Shown here: piece by piece, positions 21,803 to 34,170 of the stretch
Numbering within the stretch: the first letter of the stretch is position 1
Layout: every line of letters starts with the position of its first letter
Origin: Naegleria gruberi
Taxonomy: Eukaryota
Strand: one strand, 5' to 3'
DNA length: 64,000 nucleotides
NCBI GenBank assembly: GCA_000004985.1
Contig: GG738890.1
The notes under the pieces: model-generated
The model's input: the letters and a program-made list of their open reading frames with translations, nothing else
Database searches by the model: none
Told to the model about the DNA's origin: nothing
Program-made: the position numbers and the translations under genes

Positions 21803-22705
21803 TTATTGATTCTTTGCATATTCAATCAAAGAAGTTGGCTTTACATCAAAGAGATTATTATCAAGCTTTTCAACAAGTGACTTTCCAGAAACAATTCCCC
21901 ATTTCAATTGACTAAAAGCGATTGAAAGGAATTCTTCAGGAGCAAAACCATTCTTCAACTTTTCTTGGATTTGGTTGAGTAAATCTTGAGCTGATCCAGC
22001 ACGAACCAAAGTTGCTTGTGGACCCACAACAATGTCAGCCACTTCTTTCAAGGTCAATTCATCACCTGCAATGTTAATTGATTTGTTTTTCAAGTTTGGA
22101 TTCAAAGCAGCTTGAACAACATATTTGGCAATATCAGCAGTGTCAGTCAATTGAACCTTACCATGTAAATCTCCATAATATTTGTAAGAATCACCTTCCT
22201 TTTCAAAGAGGAAGTTTGGATAGAATGCAAACTTGTAGAAAATACTTGTATGAATCAGTAAATAGTCAACTTGAGTTTGATTCTTCAAGTCAACAACAAG
22301 TTTCTTCTTTGGATCATTGAGAAGAAGTTCACCAAATTCGAAATTTTCATAATTTGAACCAAAGCTTGATGGAATAAACTTGTTTACACCAGCCAACTTG
22401 GCAGCATTCAACAATTTCAATTGACCATCATAGAAAACTGAATGATCACCAGAAACTGCACTCACAATGACTTGAATTCCCTTCAATGATTGAGCCAATT
22501 CTTCAACAGTTGAACCAACAACATCTCCTTCAATCAAGTGAGCTCCCAACTTGACCAATTCTTCAACCTTTGTTTCACTTCCCTTTCTAACAAGAATGTG
22601 AGTTTTAACACCTGATTGACTAAGGAATGCTTTAGTAATTTGAGAACCAAGGAAACCACTGGCACCAACAATGACAACAGATGAATAATTATTAGAGTCA
22701 GACAT
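21803..22705 (-). CDS. NmrA-like / isoflavone-reductase-like NAD(P)-binding Rossmann protein of about 300 aa
   Basis: The N-terminal dinucleotide-binding motif is VVIVGASGFLGS, and overall length and pattern fit the NmrA family. The ORF-track N-terminal 51 aa are translated leader. The ATG at 22705..22703 (MSDSNNYSS) sits in an aaaATG context. Confidence 0.75.
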   Translation of the reverse strand: MSDSNNYSSVVIVGASGFLGSQITKAFLSQSGVKTHILVRKGSETKVEELVKLGAHLIEGDVVGSTVEELAQSLKGIQVIVSAVSGDHSVFYDGQLKLLNAAKLAGVNKFIPSSFGSNYENFEFGELLLNDPKKKLVVDLKNQTQVDYLLIHTSIFYKFAFYPNFLFEKEGDSYKYYGDLHGKVQLTDTADIAKYVVQAALNPNLKNKSINIAGDELTLKEVADIVVGPQATLVRAGSAQDLLNQIQEKLKNGFAPEEFLSIAFSQLKWGIVSGKSLVEKLDNNLFDVKPTSLIEYAKNQ

Positions 22706-22997
22706 TTTAATATATTTGTTTTGATTGTTTTTTTTAAAGTTTGTTATTTTGTTTGGCAAAGACTTATTGCGAAAGAAATATCTATTTATATTATTGGAAG
22801 AAGATAGATTATACGCACGGATCCAGGTCCGTAATGAGGACAGTTTCTGATAACCGGTCAAGAAAATGGCAAAGTTGACATGTCATGATGGAAATTCCTT
22901 TCTGTGAAATGTTAGAAATTTCAAAGAACTTAAAAATCCAAATGGAAAATTCCAAAAATTATTTAATAATTCTTTTCATTGTAATAAATTTACATGT

Positions 22998-24067
22998 TTA
23001 TTCCATGAAAGATTTAATAATTGTTTGACTGTCAGTAATCTTCTTCTTTGGATCAGCAATTGGAAGAATGGAACCATCTTGACATTGAATATACAACACA
23101 GATTCATCATTTGAAAGTTTCATTGCTTGGAATTTGGAAATTGATTCAGGTCTTGCTGTAGATCCATAATTTTCAGAATCCAAATTAATGTAGTGAATAT
23201 TGTCACTAGTCAAAACCAATAACAAGTGTCTACTTGGTGACATGAACATATCCAATACTATTTCAATTAACAATTCTCATGAAAATTAATCTATGAACAC
23301 TTACCTTTTTCACATGATGGAATAGTTCTGAAATTGTACATTGGAGAAACGTCACTCATCAAGAACATGAACATGTTGTGATATTCTCCCTTTCTGGACC
23401 CATTAATCTTCTTGCAATTAACAAAATCAGGAGTATTCTCATCTGCATGAATAAACACAACATTGGCATCATGTGAAACCAAAGCATGATGAATTCCAAA
23501 TTCTTTAAACTTGTCAAATGAATAGAGATGATCTTCAACCACTCTCTTTTTGACAATCTTGTTAAAAGTAACAGATCTCAATCGGTAGTCATTGCAGAAC
23601 ATGTAAACCTTATTACCTTTGCCACCTTCGACCATGAAATTGAAACTTGTGCAAGTGGTGGTGCTGTCAGGGAAAATTTTGACAGCTTCAATCAGTTTGA
23701 CAATTTCACTGCCATTCCAATCAAAGCGAATGTAGGTGGCATCTTTAAGGAAGACGAAAGCAGTTCCAAATTGGAATTTGATACTTTGAATTCCATGCAT
23801 GGCGATACTGTAAAGTTTAGTCAAAGTTTCGTAATTCCAAATGGCCAATTCGCTCTCAGTCCATGAGAAACCAACTTGATAGTCATCACTGTGGGTGATA
23901 CCCAAGACTTTACCTTCATGAATCTTGTTTCGAATAGGTGTGCCATGGGAAGCAGCAGAATCATTTAATGTGATAGACGAAAGTGTACCATCTTCTCTAC
24001 CAATAATTAACTGTTGAGTAGTATTTGAATTGTTTGGCTTGAAAGCGTAAAAGGCAGTGAATGACAT
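22998..24067 (-). CDS. Hypothetical beta-rich protein of about 340 aa. The CDS is complement(join(22998..23257, 23305..24067)).
   Basis: Two same-strand ORFs are joined by a 47-nt intron (GTAAGTG...AATAG, phase 1). The splice restores one continuous frame: ...SCEKG|VLDMFMSPSRH.... I recognise no domain. Confidence 0.5.
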
Positions 24068-24786
24068 TTTTTTAAATAAATCAAAGCAATGATGATCGTT
24101 TGATTTGATTTGAGAGTCAATTGAGTGTTAAATACCTAAGGCATCAAATCTCGAGATATGCAAATGAATGTTTCAGCACATTTTCAATGTTGTTAATACG
24201 AGTTGTGCAAGGCAAGAATGGAAATATCCAGCAAGATACTGCAACACTGTTGTCGCATTTATACACTTGTTTTTGTCCGTTTTACAATTACAGCTCACCG
24301 CTCCAATTAGCCGTTTAAAAAAATAAAAAAATTCTAATATAATATGAAAATTTTAATTTAAAAAAAAATCACCAATGCTCACTGATTAGATCCTTACCAC
24401 AAGGGATGAAGGTCATCAAAGAGGTGTTTACACCGATAAGTACATCTGAATATTGAAAAGGAAGTTGTATCTTATTCTCTTGCAAGCTTGAATATTATTA
24501 GCTGAAGCTGTTCATCACGGATAATACCTCTACTAACACATGGTGATGAAAAATAATAATATTATTTAAATATATCTAATATATTATTCAACAACCTCCG
24601 TGGAGATTGAACATGAAAAAATCTTACGAACAAACTGAATTTCCGCCACTAATACGAAAAATATCAAAAACCAAAAAAAATTGGCGCTTTTTCATTGGTT
24701 CATCACGCGTATTTTTTGATCATCATCAAATATTATTTATAATTTAATTATTCTTTAATAAAAAACCAAACACATAATTGTTAACA

Positions 24787-25575
24787 ATGTCAAAGAAGGA
24801 ACTTTTAAAGGTTATTGTCTTGGGAGATTCTTCCGTTGGTAAGACTAGTTTGATGAATCAGTTCGTTAGTAAAAAGTTTTCAACTCAATACAAGGCTACT
24901 ATTGGAGCAGACTTTTTAACGAAGGAGGTTATGATTGAAGATAAGATGTGTTCCTTGTCAATTTGGGATACTGCTGGTCAAGGTTTGTTTATTGGATATT
25001 TAAATTTATTATAATTATTAATAACGAATTTATTGTTGAACGTTTCTAAATATTATTACTAATATTATTGGATAAATACATATTCTTATTGGAAATAATA
25101 TCAAACAGAACGTTTCCACAGTTTGGGATTTGCATTCTTTAGAGGATCCGATGCTTGTGTACTTGTTTTTGATATTACTGTACCAAAGACATTTGAAAAT
25201 GTTAATAATTGGAGAGATGAATTCTTGATGCAAACCACTCCAGAAGATCCTGATAATTTCCCATTCGTACTCATTGGAAACAAGGTTGACATGGAAAACA
25301 TGAGACAAGTCCAACAAAAACAGGTCACTAATTGGTGTAGAAGTAAGGGCAATATTCCATATTTTGAATGTAGTGCCAAGGATGGTACCAATGTAGAAAA
25401 TGCCTTTGGTATGTAGACAAGTTTGTTATTATGTTGTTAATAATTGTGAATTGTAGTAACTTTGGCAAAGAGAGCATTATCAGTGGCTAAGGAAGATATT
25501 ATTCAAAGAAATGAAGGGTTGACAGACTTTGGAGACGAACCAAAGCCTCAACAAAACACTGGTTGTTCTTGTTAA
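24787..25575 (+). CDS. rab7: Rab7-family small GTPase. The CDS is join(24787..24982, 25109..25408, 25457..25575), 204 aa.
   Basis: G1 is GDSSVGKT. The effector/switch region [14 protein letters not shown] is diagnostic for Rab7. G3 (WDTAGQ|ERF) is split by intron 1. G4 is GNKVD, G5 is SAK, and the C-terminus GCSC is a prenylation motif. Intron 1 is 126 nt and intron 2 is 48 nt (GTATGT...TAG). Both are phase 1 and the frames are consistent. Confidence 0.85.
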
Positions 25576-26376
25576 TTATAAGCAAGAGATTAACTTGTAA
25601 TTGTATCATACTATCTAATTTATACACATATTTGTACATATTTTCTACTTTATAAATTATTGTTTGATTTTACACGAATTGATAATATTATAAATACTGA
25701 CAACTTTAATTGTCCTTTAATCTCTTAATATCCCTAAAAACCTAACCCTTGACATGATGAAATAATTACATTTACAATTGTCTCTATATTAGAGAATTTA
25801 AGATTTGGATAAACAGTTGTGCCATAACTACTTTACCTGGCTTATGGCTTGTGTTAAAATAAGGTTAAAATCAAAAGAAAGACTAAAATTTCCTAAAATA
25901 CAATGGATACCTAGTTGGATGGAGGCCATTTCATGCCTTAATGGAGGCATGAATTTTGCCATTCTTCATTTCGCATCTCTTTTACCATTCCAATCAAGTT
26001 ACCGCATGTGTAATATAGAATTATCACATCCAATATTATACCTCTATAACATTTATAATAATCTCAATAATTCAACAAACAATTAATCATTTAATGTGAT
26101 AAATACCTCTCCTTAAGATAGTGGGTTCAATACGGGAAATATATTTTACCTGCGATTTTTTGAAAACGCCAAAAACCAATTCACTTCCTTAATTAGCCCT
26201 CGAATTTCAAGTTTGGTTTTCTCCTCCTACGTAAAAAACAAAAGAAAAACGCCAAAATCTTAAAAACCCCTTAACAAATCAACCTTAATTGCCGAGTTGA
26301 ATCTTGAAACAAACTCTAAACTCTATATTTTACAGAGAAAAGTAGCTTGTTAAATATTGATTGATTAATAATAATA

Positions 26377-29300
26377 ATGGAGGAGAAGAAGGTGATTAAC
26401 AGTATTACCATTTCATCTTCGGACGCCAGCAATGAAGAGTTTCTAGATTATAAAAACCCTCATGAATCCAATTCGGTAGGAGGACATAACGAGAGTGGTA
26501 ACAATGTAAGAAATACTAATAATACTGTGGGAGCACCATCACACATTGGTGGTGGCTCATCAACAATATCATCGGGTCAACAATCATCAGCTCTCACTGG
26601 TAATAACAAATTTATAACTCTGAGAGAAACCCTATTTCAATTCCTAATATCACTTAATGTTAAAACGCCTAAGGTTAATTCCAAAAGAGGTGCCTTTATT
26701 AATTTTCTCTTATACTCATACCTATTGTATATAACTGTGATTATTTCTTCGAGCCCTAGCTTGATATCACAAGATCCAACAACCTCTACATCATCATCAT
26801 TGAATAGTTCTAATAGTATGTTATGGGGAGGTATTCCTGGATGGATTTGGAGAGTACTCTTCTATCCAATCAATCTAGGGGCTGAACATTATCCGTATGA
26901 GGCAATTGTTTCACTCTTGGCTATATTTGTGGCCATTGAGGGAATGGCCTTATTTTTCTTCTACTTGTTCAAAGTTTTTGTAGATAGGGGAAGTAAGGTC
27001 GTGCCTAGAATGAGGATAGCGCTTAGGATATTCTCTATGGTCGTATTATTCCTTTCTCCCTTCATTGTTTGGATACACTCCATTCCTATGGCTATCTATT
27101 CTTCAAATGGGTCATTGACTCACTTTCCAACCATTCAGTACAATTCTCCAATGAACATTGCAGCTATAGTCATTGGATGTGTTGGCATAGTACTAACAAT
27201 TATTATAACACTGATAGGATCCTATATTGTTGTGGAAACAATACCTCCTTCGTTGAGATATATCTTTTTTGCTGCTGAAAGAGTTTACCCTCTCACTGCC
27301 TTATTCATTTTCAACCAATTATCAGTTTTACTCACTGTAATATGTGATGTGAATTATGTAATTGTTGGCTCCTCTTTAAAAATAGTTCTTTCACTGCTAT
27401 TGATTGGAATTTTTGCTAATCGATTGCCATTCTTTAAGAGATTTGAAAATTCAATATTGATTGGAATTTTATGTGCCCGAGTTGTTGGATCGATTGGTCC
27501 AATAGTTAGTCATTCAATATTAGTGAATAGTAGTGGTCTTTCTTCTCAATTGGTGGAGACAATTGGCGGATCTGTTACTGGAGGAACATTGGTGTTAATG
27601 ATTGGATTTTTCATTCTCTCAACAACAATATTTCAAATTTACCTTATTTTGATGACAAGAGGTGTTAAAAAATCCCTCAGAGAATTATTCAACAACAGAA
27701 AAACCTCCAAAACAGAGAGTATCAAATATTACATGAACTGTGAGGAAACACATACTTTGAAAAAGTTGCTCACCTTTATGAAATTTTCCTTAAATAGTTT
27801 TGAAGAGAAGGAAGATTCAGATTTTGAGATTTGTAACAATTTAGTTCAGAGCTGTATGAATACCAAAGTTGCAATTGATGTTGAATATTTAATCTTATCA
27901 GGAATGTACTTTGGTTTCTTTGGCGATGCTGATGCTAATTTGACGAATTCTGTGATTTCGATTGGAATAATGACGAGAGGATTGAAGCACCAACCTAACA
28001 TTATTCAAAAATTCCACATTATTCTAAGAACGAGGGAGATTGAATCCATAGCCTCTCAATCCAATGCTTTCAACCTTGAACTCAAGCAACAAATGAGCTC
28101 TCTGGATAAGAAACAAGTTCTCATCATGTATTTTCACAGAGAATTCTTCAAAGAACTCTTGAGTGATAAGCCACACATTGTCAAATTGGAAAATATTAAC
28201 AGAACTGTCACTAAAATGGTGAATGACTGTGATAATAGATATAGAAATTTGGCAGCCATGCACCGAAACAACAAGACTCTGTTAAGATCATATGCTGTAT
28301 ATTTGGAAACCTTGCGTTTTGAAAAGGAGGCAGCTCAAGAATTATATGAAGAAGCCAATACTCTCGAGGAGGAAGAAGTCAAGAGAGGAAGAAGACCCAC
28401 TCACAAAACAAGTCGTTTCTTTGTCCCTCAAAAAGGTGGTTCTAGAAATAGAGTCTTTCCAGTAACAACCACTTCAGAAATGAGAAGGGATTTCACACCC
28501 GCTAATGATGACGTTCAAGAGATGGTTATTGTCGATGAAGAGAATTGGGATTCTGTCAGTGCCATGCAAGATGAAGGAACCAAGAAGGAGATTGTCTATC
28601 GAATGGCTCTCAATTCACCAGATGACAATAAGAATTACACAATTTGGTTTGCTCTATTTTGCTTTTTCACAGTCATTGTATTCGTTACTTGTTTGGCAAC
28701 TTCATTATCAATCAATGACGAAACTTCGAAGAGAGTTTCACTTCAGGAGACAGTTTGCAGTTTGAGTTCAATACCTTCATTGATGGCTCAACAAATGAGA
28801 GCCATTCTAGCCAAGTTCAATCACGCCTCACATCCAGAGGATTTGGTTGAATTGGAAATTATCAAGTCAGTTTCTAGAAAACAAATAGAATATCTAATAT
28901 CCAAGGTACAGCTTGTGCAATATGCTTCTACATCTGGGGCTTTTATTGAACAAGTTGTCAAGACCTATACGGATCAGAGTTGGGACTATTACATTCCCAC
29001 AAAACAATTTGATGAATTGGCAGATCCATTGTATGATATTGGTAACTCATCGGTTGGTCAATTTGTAGATATGATTATTGATTCAGGAAGTGATATTATT
29101 GATGGAATGGAGGATTTAACCACTTTCAATAAGACTCTATCCAATTATCCGTTTCTTCTCATCTTCCTTAATAGAAAGCACTTGACAGAGGCATTTGATT
29201 CATTTTGTGTAACTTTTATTGAAGGATCAAAATATAGCTCCCAACAAGGAAGTATAATTTTTCACAGCGTTTGTTGTGGAGTTTTGGGACTTTACCTTGT

Positions 29301-31653
29301 ATTCACCTCTATTTATCTTTTCGTGCTGAGAACAGAACTATTACAATTACACAGAATATTCAATAAGGTTTTCACAAAGGTTCCCAAAGATGAGACTGGT
29401 AAAATTTTCCATTCATTTGATAAGAAGGTCGAAGATGAAATTAGAAAAGAGAATAGAACTATTTTCACACCGCAGGCAATGTTCTTGTCTTTCACAATTG
29501 CCACTATTGTGGTAGTGGTTATTGTAACCATTTTGGTAATTGTAGAATTCAATATCAATGCTAGATCTGCAGAGTCGACCATGTTAGCAACCAATTCTAT
29601 GAATACCGTAGTATTAAGCTCCATGGTTGTTAATTTTAACTTGTTAGAAATGATATTAGAAAGTCATTTGTATCCAATACCACAAGAAACCATCAAGAAG
29701 ATTAATATTGAACAGCTGGCTATAGCGAACTTTGCTTGGAGAGCTATTTCTGTAGGAAGTGAATCGAATAATTACAAGAGTTCCATCTATGGAGTTTATG
29801 AAGAAATTGATCAGTTATTGAAAGGCAGTTGTGTGAATGCTACAGGCTCACCTGAAAGGCTGACAAACACTACTGAAATGATGGCAGTTCTAGATTGTAT
29901 GGGAATGGAAGATTTAGTAGATATGTTTGTTTCTCATGCTACTGAATTCAATCAAGATTTTGCTGTCTCACTTAACGAACCTGAAACTGAAGTGGAAAAT
30001 TACTTTTCACATATTTATTATGTTTCGATTTATCTTTCACAAAAATTATTTGAATTTATCAAGACATTTGTTTCACATTCAAAGAATGCATCAATTGTCA
30101 TTACATATGCATCTTGCTTTGGTGGATTGGGTATTGTTTTGGTTCTATTCTACTTTTCCTATACATTCCTTCAAAACTTTTGGGATGAAAAGCATCATGC
30201 TAGAACAATGCTCAACTATGTTAAGTGGAATATTTTGGAACAGAATAGAGAGCTTAATCAATTTGTTATTTCACACGAAATTGGTGGATTTACCTATTCC
30301 ACTGTTGAAAAGATTGCAAATAAGGTAAAGAAAGGGATGAGTAGTGAAGAGGAGGAGGCAGAAGATCCAATGTCAATGACCATCTCAATTCTAAATGCAA
30401 CCACAGATGGTAGTGTTATTTGTAATCATGAAGGTGCTATTCAAGTGTTCAACAATGCAGCTGAAGATATGTTTGGATGTAGAAAGAGTCAAGTTGTTGG
30501 TCTCGATATTTCAAATCTGTTCTCTATGGAGGATCAACCAAGAGTTTTGAAATTTATTACCTTAATGAATTCATCCAGCAATGTAGGAGGAGAGGTATTG
30601 GAAATAGATTGTCAGAGAAGAAACCAGACTATTTTCCCTGCCAAAGTCACTCTATGTGTCAGCTACTATAATAAGAAACCAATTTTTTCATGTTTCATTA
30701 GAGATGTTACAATGGAAAAGAAGCAAAATGCACTGATTCAAGAAGAAAAGAAGAAGAGTGAAGAACTCTTGTTGAATATTCTTCCAAAACCAGTTGCTCA
30801 TAGATTGATGGAAGGTGAAAGAAATATTTCAGAAAAGTTTGGAGATGTTTCTGTTTTCTTTTCAGATATGGTTGGATTTACCAAATTTTCATCCCAGATG
30901 GAAGCTTCTGATTTGGTCACCATGTTAAATCAAATTGTGGAGGGATTTGATTCTCTCACTGATAGGCATGGATTGGATAAGATTAAAACCATTGGTGATG
31001 CCTTCTTTGCTGTAGGAGGTTTATATGCTTCAAAATCGAGCGACCATCCTGAGAGAGCTTTGAAATTCTCAATTGATGTTTTTGGATTTTTGAATCAATT
31101 TAATAAGAATGAAAAGAGGAATATTAATATTCGTATTGGACTTCATACCGGACCGTGTGGTAAGTAGTAACATGTTTATTCATGAATACTGAAAATTAAA
31201 GTTGGTGGAGTGATTGGTAAACTCAAATTTGCCTACGATTTGTGGGGTGATACAATCAATACTGCCTCAAGAATGGAATCTACAGGTGTCCCGGGAAGGA
31301 TTCACATGAGCAGATCAACCTATGAGCGTGTTCATGACTTGGGATTCAAGTTTGAGGAAAGAGACGAAATTATGGTAAAAGGAAAAGGCAAGATGAAAAC
31401 CTATTTACTTCACAGCAAGCACCACTTGCCAGCTTTGGAAGAATATGACATTACAGTTAGTACAGACGCTATTCCAGTGGAGAATAATGGATTGGAAGCA
31501 GCAAGATTAAATATTCCAAAAGTGAAAAGCATGTCTGGTCTCTCCCAAATATCAAACTTGGACGACTATATGGTTTCAAATAGGTCTGAAACAAGAAGTT
31601 ATGGGTCCATGAGCCAAAGAGGAAGCGCTGAAGATTTTAGTAAATATCAATAA
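26377..31653 (+). CDS. Polytopic membrane adenylyl-cyclase-like protein with about 12 predicted TM segments, a PAS domain and one class III nucleotidyl cyclase catalytic domain. The CDS is join(26377..31159, 31202..31653), about 1745 aa.
   Basis: The cyclase domain reads LLNILPKPVAHRLMEG...VFFSDMVGFT...KIKTIGDAFF...IGLHTGPC|VGGVIGKLKFAYDLWGDTINTASRMES...KGKGKMKTYLL. Both metal-binding Asp residues are present (FSDMV, IGDAF). The substrate-specifying Lys (KIKTIGD) and Asp (YDLWGD) indicate ATP, not the Glu/Cys pair of guanylyl cyclases. The Asn/Arg transition-state pair is in NTASR. PAS-like region: ISILNATTDGSVICNHEGAIQVFNNAAEDMFGCRKSQVVGLDISNLF. The 42-nt intron GTAAGTAG...TTAAAG restores the GPC-VGGVIG motif. 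Hydrophobic segments of 18-25 aa form one block of about 8 and a later block of about 4. Confidence 0.8.
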
Positions 31654-31732
31654 ATCTGTTGTGGGCTATGAATTATTGGAAGTATTGGGTTATTTTGAAA
31701 TGAAATGCTTTATTAAACATCTATCTTTCATT

Positions 31733-33884
31733 TTACAAGTCACCAATGGAAAGGTTGCTAGAACTTAAATGGGATTGTTTGGTTGAGCTGATGTTAGACA
31801 TTTCGGAAGCCATCTTTACTAGATCTGCACTCAAAAAGGCAACACACTCAGAGAAGGTAACTTGTTGATTATTGTTCGGATCAATGGTGGAAATACTTGT
31901 CATCAATTCAGACTCATTACAATTTGGATTTACCGTCATTAATAATCTCTTAATCTCAACTTGGTTCAAAATACCATCTCTGTTGATATCAATTTCTCTA
32001 AATAATTTGACAAACTTGTTTAGGAACTTTTCATGTGATTCCAATTGGAAGTCCAATAATACATCGATAAACATCTTGAATGGAACCTTGTTTGACTTTT
32101 CAAAGCTCTTATTAGATTGTGAAGATCCTCCTGATTGGTTGAGAGAAGCTTTTTGACCTTCCATAACAGCGTCGTTAACTCTGATAATGACAGTGAGTGA
32201 ATCTTCCTTATTGTACATGTACTTGATAATGTCAACCCATTCATCTTCATTCAAATCGCCATTCACTCTGTTTTGAATAATTTGAATTAATTCACTATCT
32301 ACCTTCTTACTATACTTTCCTCTAAGGAATACCTTGAGGAGTTCAACTGTAGTGTCCTTAAGTTGTTTTTGAACAAATCTGAATTCTTCATCAATTTCAT
32401 TTCTCAAAATCTTTCCAAAACATTTGACATCATTGTCTTCTCTGGAAAATCTCTTAACAGCAAAAGTAATGGCAGTAGCCCACTCGAAAACGAGGCTCTT
32501 TAAACCGTACTTTTGATTAAGGTATGTATATAAGTGTTGTTCCATGGTTTCTCTTGGTAATTGATTGTCGTGGCATTTCTGGTCAAATCTTTGCTTAGAT
32601 TGATATATTTCTTCTATTACTTCTTTTAATTGTTTAAGACTTAGAGGTTTCAACTTAGTTGGTTTTGTTTCTTTTGGTTTGGCAGTACTTTGGTTCAAAA
32701 CCTGGGTTGGAGTGTTTGTGACTTGAAGGGCAAGTTTCTGTCTATTGACTTGAATTTGATTGAGCCTATTCTTGTATCGTTCAATTTCTACTTTCAATTC
32801 TCCAATTTCTTCAGCCATTCTGCTTCTTTCCAGCTCTTGTTGTCTTATAATCTTATTCTTTGCCTCTTCGCTTTCAGATGCTAGCTTGTGAAGAGCTTCA
32901 GTCTCCTCTAATAATTGAGCAATGTCCTTATCTGCACTATCCAACTCTTTTTGGAGTGCCAATAATTTTGAAAAGCACTCCCCCGACACTGATTTGATAA
33001 GTGAATAGTAAAAATCACACAAATCAGAGTATGAATTCTTAACAATTGTTAAAATACTGGCTGCTTTCTTATCAGTTTGAGCCACCTTCTCGATAACATC
33101 CTCGAATGAGATATCAAAGAGTTGCTTCTTGCTATTGAAAAGTTCGGACTGATAATTGATCGAACCTTGTGGTGTTGTTTCTCTTTTCAAGTCGAGCAGT
33201 ACTTTTAAGTTTGGAATCGAGTCAATTACGAAGGGTGTCTTCTTTCCCAAGTACAAACAGACTGCTTCGTGAAGTCTTTTTGCATCCTTAAAATCCTCAA
33301 CACCAATTTCTTCACTAGTAGTGCCATTGCTTTGTGGGGTTGATGCTTCTTCTTGTTCTATTGGAGGGATATTATTTGTATCATCATTGTTCCGGTTATC
33401 TGTATTGTTGGTTCTTTTTGGTGATGAGTTGTTTTTGCTTGGTGAATATTGGGGAGGATCTGCATCAGGAAGATCTGTGAGTGCTGTTATATATTATTTA
33501 ATATTAAATTATTACCTATTATCTATACTTACGAGTTCCATTAAAAGATTCCAAATTAGAAAGGGAAACGATAATTTCATCTTCCTCTTGTTCGTCAAGG
33601 GTAATATACAAGTGCTTGAGAGAAGGTAGGGAAAACAAGCCTGAAAGAACATTCTGTGATGAATTGAAATTGTTGTTTCGGAGATCCAAATATTCAACTC
33701 TTTGAAGACCACTCATATCTGAGGGTAAGTATCTCAACTGATTATTTGCAAGCCTTAAAACTTTGAGGTATCTCAACTTGGAGAGATCGACAAGAATTTC
33801 ATCCAAAGTTTTTAAACCACAGTGCTCAAGAGAAACCTCCGTAGCATCTGGGTATTTGTTCATAATTTCGTTAACCTTTTCCAT
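31733..33884 (-). CDS. Leucine-rich-repeat, coiled-coil and EF-hand protein of about 700 aa. The CDS is complement(join(31733..33474 or 33483, 33533..33884)).
   Basis: Exon 1 has LRRs (LKVLRLANNQLRYLPSDMSGLQRVEYLDLRNNNF). The donor is GTAAGTAT at 33532 in phase 1. Two in-phase acceptors are possible (AACAG or CACAG), giving an intron of 49 or 58 nt. A long coiled-coil middle is followed by an EF-hand-like loop EIDINRDGILNQVEIKRL near the C-terminus. ATG at 33884 in a ccATGG context. Confidence 0.6.
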
Positions 33885-34170
33885 GGTTAATGATATATTA
33901 TGATGATGAAGATTATAATAATTTAGCTGATGATGACTAAAATTCCCGCTTAAACCTTCTTTCGTGGTGTGATTAAGGCTTCACTCTAGTAGGTATTTTT
34001 TTTAAAATCATTAATCAAATCAATACTTGCAACGGATGGATTTACAGTGAAACTTGGCGCCACAGTAATCATAGCCTTTTTATTCACTCACTTTGCTTGT
34101 GATAAGATACGGTTTGGAAATGGTGAAACATCAAGGATAACAGAGAACGTCTATTACTTTTGATTATTTC

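Noticed and set aside
24787-25575. Possibility that the Rab gene is a Rab9 or other late-endosomal Rab instead of Rab7
   Set aside because: The switch I/effector region [14 protein letters not shown] and the C-terminal prenylation motif fit Rab7 best. Rab9 has different residues there. Subfamily confirmation still needs a phylogeny.
25576-26376. CCCTAAAAACCTAACCCTT at about 25737, resembling telomere-like CCCTAA units
   Set aside because: It is only two imperfect units inside a normal intergenic region. It does not form an array.
31160-31201. Alternative reading of the cyclase 3' end as a frameshift or pseudogene instead of a 42-nt intron
   Set aside because: The junction has a perfect GTAAGT donor and a TTAAAG acceptor. 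Removal restores the universally conserved GP(C/V)-VGGVIG cyclase motif in phase. Other genes in the window have similarly short introns.
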